A stretch of DNA of 64,000 nt from Burkholderiales bacterium (GCA_028864885.1 JAGWLR010000002.1:39171-103170), one strand, 5' to 3'. Positions 17,940-27,433 are shown, counted from the first letter of the stretch. A program made the numbers and translations. The notes: generated from the sequence alone by a model not told the origin.

Positions 17940-18992
17940 TCAATGTCGGTGCGTGTGGTGAAGATCAGGCGCATGCGGGTGGCTGTGCGTCAGGGGCTCG
18001 TGACGATGCCGATGGCTATGCAGCCCGGTGGGCATGGGGGCATGGTGATGGGTGTGATGCCCATCGTCATGCGTGTGGGCATGCTCGTGTTCCAGGGCTT
18101 CGTGTCGGTGTTCATGGTTGTGGGATTCCATGAGATGCAGACACACGCCCGCCAGCATCAGGAGCCCGCCGAGACCCATACCCCATGAGAACGCCCCCTC
18201 GCTCCATCCAAACGCCACCACGGCGCCGATGAAGGGGGCGAAGGCAAACACCGAGCCCGTGCGGGCCGCGCCAAATGCCCGTTGCGCCAGCAAGTACAGT
18301 CGCAGGCTCAGGCCGTAACCTGTGGCCCCCATCGCCAGCAAGGCAGCGGCCTGTGCGGCGTGCGGCGCTGGTTCCCCCAGGCCCCATGCGATGGCACCGG
18401 TCATGATCGACCCCAGCGCTGCTTTGGCCAGAACCACCTGTCCTGGATCCCGATCGGCCAGGCCGCGCGACAGAGAGTTGTCTATGCCCCAGGACAAGGT
18501 CGCCAGCATCACGGCTAGCAGGCCCGTCCATTGGGCTGTGCCGCTGCGGTGTCCGTCGACGATCAACACCGCGCCGCCCAGCGTGAGCAGCAACATCGCC
18601 GCGCCCACACGTCGGTCCATGGACTCGTGATACAGCCCCCGGGCCAGCAGCGCGGTGAAGACCGCCTCCAGCGTCAGCATCAGCGAGGCACTGGTGCCGC
18701 TGGTGTGCTGCAGCCCCCAAGCCAGAAACACGGGGCCCAGCACTGCACCAAAGCACGCCATGCTGAAAATGCGTCGAGCGTCAGTGGGTTGGAGTCTGGC
18801 TTCGCGATCGACCGGCTGCCGCAGCAAGGCACCCAGGATAGCGGCTCCGGCGTAGAGCAGGGCTGCTGTGGCAAAAGGCCCCAGCCCGACCCCTGCACGT
18901 TGGACGACCGGTGTGCTGACCCCGAACAGCGTGGCAGCCCCCAGGGCTAGCAAGGCCCCGCGCAATGCAGGGCGGGCATCGGTGTGGATCAT
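17940..18992 (-). CDS. DMT-superfamily (EamA) transporter with a C-terminal His-rich tail
   Basis: About 10 hydrophobic segments. Start taken at MIHTDARPALRG, whose ATG overlaps the AraC stop (ATGA). I counted 24 His in the last 63 residues (HEHRHEALEHEHAHTHDDGHHTHHH...HSHRHRHEPLTHSHPHAPDLHHTHRH). Confidence 0.8.
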   Translation of the reverse strand: MIHTDARPALRGALLALGAATLFGVSTPVVQRAGVGLGPFATAALLYAGAAILGALLRQPVDREARLQPTDARRIFSMACFGAVLGPVFLAWGLQHTSGTSASLMLTLEAVFTALLARGLYHESMDRRVGAAMLLLTLGGAVLIVDGHRSGTAQWTGLLAVMLATLSWGIDNSLSRGLADRDPGQVVLAKAALGSIMTGAIAWGLGEPAPHAAQAAALLAMGATGYGLSLRLYLLAQRAFGAARTGSVFAFAPFIGAVVAFGWSEGAFSWGMGLGGLLMLAGVCLHLMESHNHEHRHEALEHEHAHTHDDGHHTHHHAPMPTGLHSHRHRHEPLTHSHPHAPDLHHTHRH

Positions 18993-20014
18993 GTCGGTGC
19001 GGGGCTGTGCCCCCGGTCTCGGTAGTCGGAGGGTGCGACGCCTTCCCAACGTTTGAAGGCGCGACGAAAGTTCGCCATGTCGGTGTAGCCCAAGGTGTAG
19101 GCGATCTCCTGGATGCTCAGGTGACCGGCCTTCAGGTGTTCCAGCGCCAGCATGTGGCGCACATTCTCCAGGATGTCTTTGTACGAGGTGCCTTCGTCCT
19201 GCAGGCGCCGATGCAGGGTGCGCGGCGTCATGTGAAACAGGCGGGCGGTCACATTCAGCGACGGGAAGCCGTTTTGCTTTTCCAGCATGATGCGCCTCAC
19301 GCGACTGGCCAGCGAGCTTGACTGCGTGATCTTGTCGAGTTCACGCTGACAAATCGCTGCGGCATCGCGAAAGGTGGCCGGATCGGCCATTTTCAGCGGT
19401 TGATCGAGCACATCTTCAGGCACCGTGAACCCCGACCACGATTGACCGTAACGCACCTCGGCATGGAAGAGGTCTTGCGCCAGGTCGGCATAGTCTGGCT
19501 GGGGAAACGGAAAGGCCACCCACATCACATGGCGTGATCCCATGGTGATGTAGTCAAGCACGTTCTTCACGGTCAGCATCACGGCCTCCAGAACAGGGCG
19601 GCGGATGTCGCCCAGCGGAGTCGGATCCTGAAACACCACCCGCACCACCTTGTCATGGATGTCATGGGTGACGGAGACCAGGGTGGTGCGCACGCCAATG
19701 TAGCGTTCGAACAGATCGAGTGCCTGGCGCAACGTTCCGCTGTTCATCGCGGCGTAGCCCAGGATGCCATGGGTGTTGACCACCAGGCGTTCGCCAATCA
19801 GCAAGCCGAGCGCGGGTTCTTGGGTGACCTGCAATGCGTCAAGGATCAATTGGTAAGCCACAGGAAACGACACCGAGCCGGTGGCGTCAGACAGGTCGTT
19901 GGGGGCCAGTTGCCCGCCAGCCAGCCAGGCAGGCACATCGGCGCCCAGGCTGCCAACCAGCTCGGCAATTTGCCTGACGTATTGAATCGGGAGGGTGTGG
20001 TCTTGCGTCTGCAT
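18989..20014 (-). CDS. AraC-family transcriptional regulator (OruR/arabinose-binding-domain-2 type)
   Basis: C-terminal double HTH ...RLFHMTPRTLHRRLQDEG...IQEIAYTLGYTDMANFRRAFKRWEGVAPSDYR. Confidence 0.9.
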   Translation of the reverse strand: MQTQDHTLPIQYVRQIAELVGSLGADVPAWLAGGQLAPNDLSDATGSVSFPVAYQLILDALQVTQEPALGLLIGERLVVNTHGILGYAAMNSGTLRQALDLFERYIGVRTTLVSVTHDIHDKVVRVVFQDPTPLGDIRRPVLEAVMLTVKNVLDYITMGSRHVMWVAFPFPQPDYADLAQDLFHAEVRYGQSWSGFTVPEDVLDQPLKMADPATFRDAAAICQRELDKITQSSSLASRVRRIMLEKQNGFPSLNVTARLFHMTPRTLHRRLQDEGTSYKDILENVRHMLALEHLKAGHLSIQEIAYTLGYTDMANFRRAFKRWEGVAPSDYRDRGHSPAPT

Positions 20015-20020
20015 GGTCGG

Positions 20021-20052
20021 CGATTGTCAATAAATGACCCATGAATGTCAAT
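20021..20052. promoter_or_regulatory. two direct repeats 21 bp apart in the araC / reductase-alkB divergent promoter region
   Basis: CGATTGTCAAT (20021-20031) and TGAATGTCAAT (20042-20052) match at 9/11. Read on the minus strand, each contains TTGACA. Confidence 0.5.
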
Positions 20053-20141
20053 TCGCAACCTACCCGGGCGAGGGCGGTGTCCCTACGATGAAGCTGTTTC
20101 TTGATCCTGTTTCAGAACGAATCAGCAGTACTGGAGCCCGC

Positions 20142-21176
20142 ATGTTTTCCTTCCTTGCCAAGAAGAAGCCCTCCACGGCCCTCATCAACGCCCAGCCGAT
20201 CACGGTGCAGCCCAAGGAGACCTTGCTGCAGGCGGCCTTGCGTGAAGGCATCAATTTCCCCCACAGCTGTCGGGTGGGTGGTTGCGCCACCTGCAAGTGC
20301 AAGCTGGTCAGCGGGAAAGTGCGCGAATTGACCGAGGCGGGTTACGTGTTGTCGGACGACGAACTCGATCAGGGCTACATCCTGGCTTGCCAAAGCGTGC
20401 CGCAAAGCGATGTGCGCATCGAGGTCGACCTGGCTGCGCAGCAGGCCCGGCGTCAGGTGGGCGGGCGCGTGGTCGGGCAAGACCGGCTCACGCACGACAT
20501 CGTGCGCCTACGCATCCAGCTGGACGAGGCCCTGGCCTACAAAGCCGGCCAGTTCGCTGAACTGAGCTTGGACTCACTGAGTGGGGTGGCCCGGAGCTAC
20601 TCCTTTGCCAACCCGGTGCAGCCTGATTCGCAGGTGTCCTTCTTTGTGAGAAGGGTGCCGGGTGGCGTTTTTTCTTCTTGGGTGCACGAGCAGAACCTGA
20701 TCGGGCAGACCGTGCGGGTGGACGGGCCGTTGGGCGACTTCTGGTTGCGTCCCGCTGACACGCCCTTGTTGCTGATCGCCGGGGGCAGTGGCCTGGCCCC
20801 GATTCTGGCCTTGCTCAAAGACGGGGTGGCGCAGCAGTGTGCCCGCTCCACCACCTTGCTGTTTGGGGCCCGTGAAGAGCGCGATCTGTATGCGCTGGAC
20901 GAGATTCAGGACATCGCCCGCCAGTGGGCCGGCCGCTTCCGTTTCATCCCCGTGCTGTCGGCCGCTGAAGCTGATGCCACGTGGCGTGGCGAGCGTGGCC
21001 TGGTGGTTGATCACATCGAGCCGGTGATCGAGGCGGGCAGCCAAGCCTACCTTTGCGGCCCCCCGCCGATGATCGACAGCGCGGTGTCGGTGCTGCGCCA
21101 GTTGGGCGTGTCGGGTGATCAGATCTTTGCTGATCGCTTTACCACCTTGCATGACGGCGTAGCAGCGGCCGCTTGA
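20142..21176 (+). CDS. 2Fe-2S ferredoxin / FAD-NAD(P)H oxidoreductase fusion (XylA/CymAb-type reductase component)
   Basis: Plant-type ferredoxin motif CRVGGCATCKC...C. FNR-like RSYSFAN (RxYS), LLIAGGSGLAP and CGPPPM. Start chosen at ATG 20142 (MFSFLAKKKP); 20088 or 20034 are possible. Confidence 0.85.
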   Translation: MFSFLAKKKPSTALINAQPITVQPKETLLQAALREGINFPHSCRVGGCATCKCKLVSGKVRELTEAGYVLSDDELDQGYILACQSVPQSDVRIEVDLAAQQARRQVGGRVVGQDRLTHDIVRLRIQLDEALAYKAGQFAELSLDSLSGVARSYSFANPVQPDSQVSFFVRRVPGGVFSSWVHEQNLIGQTVRVDGPLGDFWLRPADTPLLLIAGGSGLAPILALLKDGVAQQCARSTTLLFGAREERDLYALDEIQDIARQWAGRFRFIPVLSAAEADATWRGERGLVVDHIEPVIEAGSQAYLCGPPPMIDSAVSVLRQLGVSGDQIFADRFTTLHDGVAAAA

Positions 21177-21219
21177 ATTTCAGAACCGCCTTTCAACCAC
21201 AAGACCTGAGACAAACACC

Positions 21220-22392
21220 ATGAAGATACTGCACTACCTCAAGTACTTTCTGTTCCATGCCATTGGCCTGCTCGCGGTGGCGGCGATTCTGGCCGGTGGC
21301 GCTTACATCACCGCGGGTCTGATCAGCGTTCTGGTGATCTACGTCATCGGCGATGCGGTGTGTGGCGACGACACCTCGACTCCCAAGTTTGAGCACCCCG
21401 GCATCCTGACTTTCCAATTGTGGATGGCACTACCACTGCTGGCCCTCATCGTGTTTGCGGCGGTTTGGACGGCATCCTCTGGTGATCCGCTGGGCTTTGG
21501 GGCCTGGTTGACCCATGTGTCAGGCTATGACGTCATCGCAGCCCGTGATGCCACCAGCCTGATTCACCATGCCTCAGCGGTCATCATCACCGGCTTGATG
21601 ATCGGCATGGTGGGGACGATCCCTGGGCATGAGTTGACGCACCGCACCTGGGATCCGATCTCGATGCTCGTGGGGCGCTGGTTGCTGGCGTTCAGCTTCG
21701 ACACGGTGTTTGCCATCGAGCACGTGTATGGTCATCACCGCTATGTTTCGACCACTGAAGACCCCGCCACCGCCCCTCGCGGTCGCAACGTCTACTTCCA
21801 TGTCGTGGCCTCGACCATCAAGGGCAACATCAGCGCGTGGAAAATCGAGAAGAAACGTCTGGCGCGCAAAGGGCAGGGGTTGTTCTCGTGGCACAACGCC
21901 GTGATCCGTGGGCACCTGATGAGCGTGCTGCTGGTGGTGGGGGCCTACGCCATGGGCGGCTGGCCTGCCGCCGTGTTCTTCACCCTGTGCGGGCTGTGGG
22001 GCAAGTCGCTGCTTGAGATCGTGAACTACATGGAGCACTACGGCATGGTGCGCAACCCCAACACACCGGTACAGCCCCGTCATTCATGGAACACCAACAA
22101 GCGCATCAGCTCGTGGGCCATGTTCAACCTGACTCGCCATTCACATCACCATGCCCAAGGCGAGGTGCCCTATCAGGATCTGAAGCCCTTCCCTGAGGCC
22201 CCGATGATGATCAGTGGTTATCTGACCACCCTCCTTGTCGCCATGATCCCGCCGCTGTGGCACAAGCTGATGACGCCCAAGGTGCTGGCCTGGGATCGGG
22301 ATTACGCCACGGCCGAAGAGCGCCAGCTCGCAGCCCAGGCCAACGCACGCAGTGGGATCGCAGAAATGGAAGCCCTCGCGCTCGCGCACTGA
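21220..22392 (+). CDS. alkB: AlkB-family integral-membrane non-haem di-iron hydroxylase (alkane 1-monooxygenase-like)
   Basis: His boxes HELTHR, EHVYGHHRY and LTRHSHHHA, plus NYMEHYGM and HSWNTN, are collinear with P. putida AlkB (HELGHK, EHNRGHH, NYIEHYGL, HSWNSN, LQRHSDHHA). Confidence 0.85.
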   Translation: MKILHYLKYFLFHAIGLLAVAAILAGGAYITAGLISVLVIYVIGDAVCGDDTSTPKFEHPGILTFQLWMALPLLALIVFAAVWTASSGDPLGFGAWLTHVSGYDVIAARDATSLIHHASAVIITGLMIGMVGTIPGHELTHRTWDPISMLVGRWLLAFSFDTVFAIEHVYGHHRYVSTTEDPATAPRGRNVYFHVVASTIKGNISAWKIEKKRLARKGQGLFSWHNAVIRGHLMSVLLVVGAYAMGGWPAAVFFTLCGLWGKSLLEIVNYMEHYGMVRNPNTPVQPRHSWNTNKRISSWAMFNLTRHSHHHAQGEVPYQDLKPFPEAPMMISGYLTTLLVAMIPPLWHKLMTPKVLAWDRDYATAEERQLAAQANARSGIAEMEALALAH

Positions 22393-22411
22393 TTTGCCGA
22401 AAGTCAAGGCA

Positions 22412-22422
22412 ATCGACAATCG
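22412..22422 (-). promoter_or_regulatory. copy of the CGATTGTC(A/G)AT motif upstream of the porin gene
   Basis: The plus strand reads ATCGACAATCG, whose reverse complement is CGATTGTCGAT. This is 10/11 identical to the 20021 and 33562 sites. It lies 67 nt upstream of the porin GTG. Confidence 0.4.
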
Positions 22423-22488
22423 GGGTTAGCCATTGCTTGCTCACAGGTGCTCGAAGTTCCAGAATTTGAGCAACTGCAGGAGGCATCT

Positions 22489-23610
22489 GTGTCGAATAAC
22501 AAGCCGTCCAAGATTGCGTTGCTGGCCCTGTTGACTTCGGGCTGTTTCACATCGGTGGCATGGGCCACCGATTTCACGTTCAGTGGCTACGCCACGGTGG
22601 GGGTAGGCAAAGTGCTGTCGGGCGACAAGCACACCTTCTACAACCGCGAATGCCCGTGCTACATCGCCAACTTTCCCGACGTGGGGGTGTACGACAAATC
22701 CCTGTCATTCAACCCGGACAGTCGGTTTGGCGTTCAGGCCATTGCCCAGGTCGATGATCAGACCAACTTCACCGTGCAGATCACCGGGCAAGGCGGCAAC
22801 AACTTCAAGCCGCAGGTCGATTGGGCCTACATCAGCCACGATCTGTCGAATACCCTGACCCTTCAGGCCGGCCGCAAACGCCTGCCCATTTATCAATACT
22901 CGGACTATGTCAATGTGGGGTATGCCTACCCCTGGATTCGTCCGCCCAGCGACCTGTACGGCTGGCAGATTGTCAATTACAACGGGGCCAACGTGTTGTA
23001 TCGCAATGCGATTGGTTCGGTGGGCGTGCGAGCCAACGCCTGGATCGGGCGTGAGGACGATCCGAATAACCGCATGTTGGGGCAGCTCTACTACGACAGC
23101 AAGATCGAAGAGACCTGGAAGAACATTTTCGGTACGTACGCCGAGTTCACCTTTGATGCGTTTTCCGTGCGGGCCACCTACATGAACAACGTGGTCGATC
23201 GCTACAGCACCGACGCCAGTGGTGTACGCACCCATGCCACGCCTAATGTGCGCCAGCGCTTCATGGGCCTGGCTTTCAATGCTGATTGGCACAACATTGT
23301 CGTCAAGTCCGAGCTCAACCGATTCGAGCGGCCTTCGGTGGACGACAACTACACCTCGTCGCTGGTCGGCGTTGGATACCGCATCGGCGATGTCCTGCCC
23401 ATGCTGACCTACTCGCGCTTCTCGGAGGGGCATCCGCCCGACCCAAGCTGGGATGAGATCCATCACACCTGGACCGGCAGTGTGCGCTGGGATGTGCGAC
23501 CCAATATGGCGGTGAAACTGCAATACGACCAGTTCACCGACAAGAGCCATTTCACCCCGTTTGCGGGCAATTCAAGGACCTTGGCCGCCTCTGTCGACCT
23601 GATCTTCTAA
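22489..23610 (+). CDS. porin-like outer-membrane beta-barrel protein
   Basis: GTG start behind GGAGG. Signal peptide KIALLALLTSGCFTSVAWA. Alternating amphipathic strands and a terminal ...SVDLIF (C-terminal Phe). Confidence 0.7.
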   Translation: MSNNKPSKIALLALLTSGCFTSVAWATDFTFSGYATVGVGKVLSGDKHTFYNRECPCYIANFPDVGVYDKSLSFNPDSRFGVQAIAQVDDQTNFTVQITGQGGNNFKPQVDWAYISHDLSNTLTLQAGRKRLPIYQYSDYVNVGYAYPWIRPPSDLYGWQIVNYNGANVLYRNAIGSVGVRANAWIGREDDPNNRMLGQLYYDSKIEETWKNIFGTYAEFTFDAFSVRATYMNNVVDRYSTDASGVRTHATPNVRQRFMGLAFNADWHNIVVKSELNRFERPSVDDNYTSSLVGVGYRIGDVLPMLTYSRFSEGHPPDPSWDEIHHTWTGSVRWDVRPNMAVKLQYDQFTDKSHFTPFAGNSRTLAASVDLIF

Positions 23611-23620
23611 GGAGCACCGT

Positions 23621-24031
23621 ATGAAGATGCGCAATGGGTTTGCGGGGTTGATGCTGCTTTCCACACTGCTGGGGGCTTGGGCGGACCCGGTCGTCATCGT
23701 CAACCCCAAAGTGACGGTGAAGCTGAGTGACGCGGAGGTGAAGAACCTTTACCTGGGGGCAGCGAAGGGGCTGCCTGACGGCACCTCGATTGTCTTGCTG
23801 GCGGTCAAGTCAGGTCCCACACGAGATGAGTTCATGACTAAAGTATTGGGTCGAACCGAGACCCAATACCGGGCGGTCTGGAGCCGCTTGATGTTCACGG
23901 GAACCGGGCAGCCGCCCAAAGAGATCGAGTCGGATGACGAGGTCAAACGGCTCGTCGCGCATAACCCGAATCTGATGGGCTTCATCGATTCGTCGAAGCT
24001 GGATGATTCGATTCGCGACGCGAGCAAATGA
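23621..24031 (+). CDS. small periplasmic PstS-like (type-2 PBP fragment-like) protein
   Basis: AAGGAG RBS and signal peptide LLSTLLGAWA. VVIVNPKV...LSDAEVKNLYLG...W resembles the roughly 140-aa 'phosphate ABC substrate-binding-like' family. Confidence 0.5.
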   Translation: MKMRNGFAGLMLLSTLLGAWADPVVIVNPKVTVKLSDAEVKNLYLGAAKGLPDGTSIVLLAVKSGPTRDEFMTKVLGRTETQYRAVWSRLMFTGTGQPPKEIESDDEVKRLVAHNPNLMGFIDSSKLDDSIRDASK

Positions 24032-24064
24032 AAAAAGCGACCTGAACCGATGGGTCCAGGTCGC
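24031..24064 (-). terminator. intrinsic terminator for the glycine-zipper gene (hairpin shared with the convergent plus-strand gene)
   Basis: GCGACCTG (24037-44) pairs with CAGGTCGC (24057-64). The A6 run on the plus strand gives a U-tract on the minus-strand transcript. Confidence 0.65.
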
Positions 24065-24082
24065 CTGAGTGACGTTGACGTA

Positions 24083-24733
24083 TCAGCGATTGAGGGGGCT
24101 CAGGGCGTTGCCCTCAACCTGAACGCGACTGCCTGCAGCGGGCGCGGTGTGCTGGGTCACGGTGCGGTAGCTGCCATCGTCCATGCGAACGGTGACTTCA
24201 TAAACGGTTGTCGCGTGCTGGTTCTTTTCAATCTCATTGCCAGCGATGCCGCCCCCGATGGCGCCTAGAACGGTCATCGCCGTCTTGCCGTTGCCTTTGC
24301 CCATCTGGTTGCCCACCAGGCCGCCGATCACCCCGCCGGCCACAGCGCCGACGCCGGAGCCTTCACCCTTTTGGGTCACGGCACGAATGCTGTCGACGGT
24401 GCCGCAAGTGGCACACACCTGGGCCGCTTGCACGGGCTGCTCACGTTGTTCGGCACGTTCACGTTGTTCACGGTGGCGAACCGCTTTGGGGGCTTCAGCT
24501 TTGCGCTCTTCGGCCTTGGCCATAGGGGCGCTGGCAGCCTCGGCGGATGCGGCTGAAGCCACAGCCACTGGGGCCGAGGCAGCCTGCTCAGGCGACGGGG
24601 TGGAAGGGGTACGCAAGAACATGCCCGCTGCCACACCCAGCCCGACCAAGGCGATGCCTCCACCAGCGAAGAAGGCGGTGCGGGCTCCATTGGAGGCGGG
24701 GGCATTAGTGTCAGACATGGACATCTCCTTCAT
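24083..24733 (-). CDS. glycine-zipper 2TM / 17-kDa-antigen-like membrane protein
   Basis: N-terminal TM segment, Ala-rich linker, and C-terminal GAVAGGVIGGLVGNQMGKGNGKTAMTVLGAIGGGIAGNEIE. Confidence 0.7.
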   Translation of the reverse strand: MKEMSMSDTNAPASNGARTAFFAGGGIALVGLGVAAGMFLRTPSTPSPEQAASAPVAVASAASAEAASAPMAKAEERKAEAPKAVRHREQRERAEQREQPVQAAQVCATCGTVDSIRAVTQKGEGSGVGAVAGGVIGGLVGNQMGKGNGKTAMTVLGAIGGGIAGNEIEKNQHATTVYEVTVRMDDGSYRTVTQHTAPAAGSRVQVEGNALSPLNR

Positions 24734-24883
24734 GCTGAGGGTTGAAACGATCTATTGTCATCCTTAACGCAGCAAAGTTCCACTTGGATGTCATGAATCC
24801 AGATCAAGGTGTAACAAGTCGCTCCATCGGGTCTTCAGCAGACAATCCATGATCGTGGTTTTCTTTCGACGGATCTGACCCCC

Positions 24884-27433
24884 ATGGCAAACTCGCTTGA
24901 TCGCACCGGATTGACCGAGGCCGAAGCGCAACGCCGCTTGCACGAACTCGGCCCGAATGAGTTGGTGCGTCCGGAAAAGCGGTCCTTGGCCAAATTGATC
25001 AAGGAAACTTTGTCCGAACCCATGTTTCAGTTGCTGCTGGGCGCCGGACTGATCTACCTGGTGCTGGGGGATGGGGCCGAGGCGGTCATGCTGATGGCCT
25101 TCGTGGTGTTGACCATGGGAATCAGCCTGATCCAGGCCACCCGCACCGAACGCGTGCTGGAGGCCCTGCGGGATCTGAGCAGCCCCCGCGCTCTGGTGAT
25201 CCGTGATGGCGCGGCGCGCCGCATCGCTGGACGCGAGGTGGTGGAAGGCGACCTGATTGTCATCAGCGAAGGGGATCGGGTGCCGGCGGATGCGCATTTG
25301 GTCGAGGCGCATGATCTGCAGACCGACGAGTCGTTGTTGACCGGCGAATCGGTACCGGTTCGCAAAGTGGCGGGGGTGGCGGCCACTGCGGGGGGGCAGC
25401 CCGGCGGCGACGACCTGCCATGGGTGTTTGCCGGGACCCTGGTGGTGCGGGGGCGTGGCCTGGCCGAGGTGATCGCCACCGGCGGGCGCAGCCAGATGGG
25501 TCAGATTGGCGTGGCTTTGAATGCCATCGAGCCAGATGCCACCGCCTTGCAACAGCAAACGCGCAGTTGGGTGCGTGGCTTTGCAGTCATCGGGGTCGGG
25601 CTCAGTCTGATCGTGACAGCCTTGTACTGGTGGCAGCGTGGCGACGTGCTGGCGGCCCTGCTGGCGGGCATCACCTTGGCCATGTCCCTGCTGCCGCAGG
25701 AGTTTCCTTTGATCATGAGCGTGTTCATGGCCATGGGTGCTTGGCGCATGGCGCAGCATCGTGTGTTGGTGCGGCAGGCTAACGCCATCGAGGCCTTGGG
25801 CACGGCCACGGTTTTGTGCACCGACAAGACCGGCACACTCACGCTCAACAACATGACCATCGAGCAGTTGGTGGTGGGTGAGGGCGTCTGGCGACGGGGG
25901 CAGAGCGATCTGCCCGAGCCGTTTCATGTGCTGCTGGAGTGCGGGGTGCTGGCCAGTCAGCGCGATCCCTTTGACCCGATGGAAAAGGCCTTTTGGGATG
26001 TGGCTTCGCGGCATCTGGTGGGGCAAGAGTCGGTGCACCTGCATCCCGATTGGGAATTGGCTCGTGCCTATCCGCTGCGGCCTGATCTCCTGTCGATGTC
26101 GCATGTCTGGCATGAGCCGGGCGGGGTGCGCCACGTGATTGCCGCCAAGGGCGCCCCTGAAGCGGTGATGGACCTGTGTCACCTGCCTGATGACGCTTGC
26201 CAACCCTGGCGCGATCAGGTCGAGCGCATGGCTGAAAAGGGCATGCGGGTGCTGGCGGTGGCCCGATCCCAGGGGGCCATCGAGCACGCGCCGGGGGACG
26301 CCTGGCCCGATGTGCAGCACGACTTCGATTTTGAGTTCCTGGGGCTGGTCGGCTTGGTCGACCCCTTGCGCGAATCGGTGCCCGATGCCGTCAAGACCTG
26401 CCGCGATGCCGGGATTCGCGTGGCCATGATCACCGGCGATTACCCGGTGACCGCCCTGGCCATTGCCGAGCAGGCCGGCATCGACACGCAGGGTGGGGTG
26501 CTGCGCGGCGATGAGATGGCGTTGCTCGACGATGCGACCTTGCGCGAGCGCGTGCGCCATGTGTGCGTGTTTGCGCGGGTGATGCCAGATCAGAAGTGGC
26601 GCATTGTCAAGGCCTTGCAAGGCCTGGGTGAAGTGGTGGCGATGACCGGCGATGGGGTCAACGATGCGCCGTCGCTGAAAGCAGCTGACATCGGCGTGGC
26701 CATGGGCGGCCGGGGCACCGACGTGGCGCGAGAGGCTTCGGCCATCGTGTTGCTGGATGATGACTTTCAGTCGATTGCCACCGCCGTCGCCCATGGCCGC
26801 CGCGTCGATGACAACCTGCGCAAGGCCATGGCCTTTGTGTTGGCCGTGCACGTGCCGATTGCCGGCTTGACCTTGCTGCCTTTGTTGATGGGCTGGCCCT
26901 TGTTGTTCTTCCCGGTGCACATCGCCTTTCTGGAACTGATCATCGACCCGGTGTGCTCCATCGTGTTCGAGGCGGAGGCGGCCGAGCCTCGGGTGATGTC
27001 GCGCGCACCTCGTAAGCCCGGCTCGGCTTTGCTCTCGCGCGGCTTGTTGCTGGGCAGTGTCGTGCAGGGGCTGTTGGTGTGGGCGGTGGTGGCGGTGTTT
27101 TACCAAGCCTTGTTGGGCAGCAGTGTGCCCGAGGCCCAAGCCCGTGCGGGGGCTTTCGTGGCGCTGGTGGCTTGCAACATCGGGCTGATTCTGGGGAACC
27201 GATCGCAGGGCAGCAACATGCTGGCCACCGTGCTGCAGCCCAATCGAGCGTTTTGGGTGATGCTGCTGGCCACCAGTTCAGTGCTGGCTTTGATGCTGGC
27301 GTGGGCGCCCGCACGCGACCTGTTCCGATTTGCGTCGATTCCTGCCAGTACCTTGATCAGCGCCTTGGCCTTGGGTGTGGCGGTCTGGGTGGTGTTGGAG
27401 GTGGGCAAGTGGGTGCTCACCCGCCGCCGCTGA
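24884..27433 (+). CDS. cation-translocating P-type ATPase (P2-like, Ca2+/Mg2+ type)
   Basis: TGES, phosphorylation site DKTGTLT, hinge TGDGVNDAP, and about 10 TM segments. Confidence 0.9.
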   Translation: MANSLDRTGLTEAEAQRRLHELGPNELVRPEKRSLAKLIKETLSEPMFQLLLGAGLIYLVLGDGAEAVMLMAFVVLTMGISLIQATRTERVLEALRDLSSPRALVIRDGAARRIAGREVVEGDLIVISEGDRVPADAHLVEAHDLQTDESLLTGESVPVRKVAGVAATAGGQPGGDDLPWVFAGTLVVRGRGLAEVIATGGRSQMGQIGVALNAIEPDATALQQQTRSWVRGFAVIGVGLSLIVTALYWWQRGDVLAALLAGITLAMSLLPQEFPLIMSVFMAMGAWRMAQHRVLVRQANAIEALGTATVLCTDKTGTLTLNNMTIEQLVVGEGVWRRGQSDLPEPFHVLLECGVLASQRDPFDPMEKAFWDVASRHLVGQESVHLHPDWELARAYPLRPDLLSMSHVWHEPGGVRHVIAAKGAPEAVMDLCHLPDDACQPWRDQVERMAEKGMRVLAVARSQGAIEHAPGDAWPDVQHDFDFEFLGLVGLVDPLRESVPDAVKTCRDAGIRVAMITGDYPVTALAIAEQAGIDTQGGVLRGDEMALLDDATLRERVRHVCVFARVMPDQKWRIVKALQGLGEVVAMTGDGVNDAPSLKAADIGVAMGGRGTDVAREASAIVLLDDDFQSIATAVAHGRRVDDNLRKAMAFVLAVHVPIAGLTLLPLLMGWPLLFFPVHIAFLELIIDPVCSIVFEAEAAEPRVMSRAPRKPGSALLSRGLLLGSVVQGLLVWAVVAVFYQALLGSSVPEAQARAGAFVALVACNIGLILGNRSQGSNMLATVLQPNRAFWVMLLATSSVLALMLAWAPARDLFRFASIPASTLISALALGVAVWVVLEVGKWVLTRRR

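Noticed and set aside
24849-24878. A 9-codon uORF (MIVVFFRRI) ending 5 nt before the P-type ATPase start, reminiscent of leader-peptide control of mgtA-type genes.
   Set aside because: It has no SD, no obvious alternative hairpins, and none of the Pro-rich or otherwise diagnostic content of known leaders. Short ORFs of this size are expected by chance.
24791-27139. A 782-aa minus-strand ORF opposite the P-type ATPase gene.
   Set aside because: Shadow ORF typical of GC-rich DNA. The translation is an Arg/His/Gln/Gly-rich low-complexity string with no motif. The plus-strand frame carries every P-type ATPase signature.
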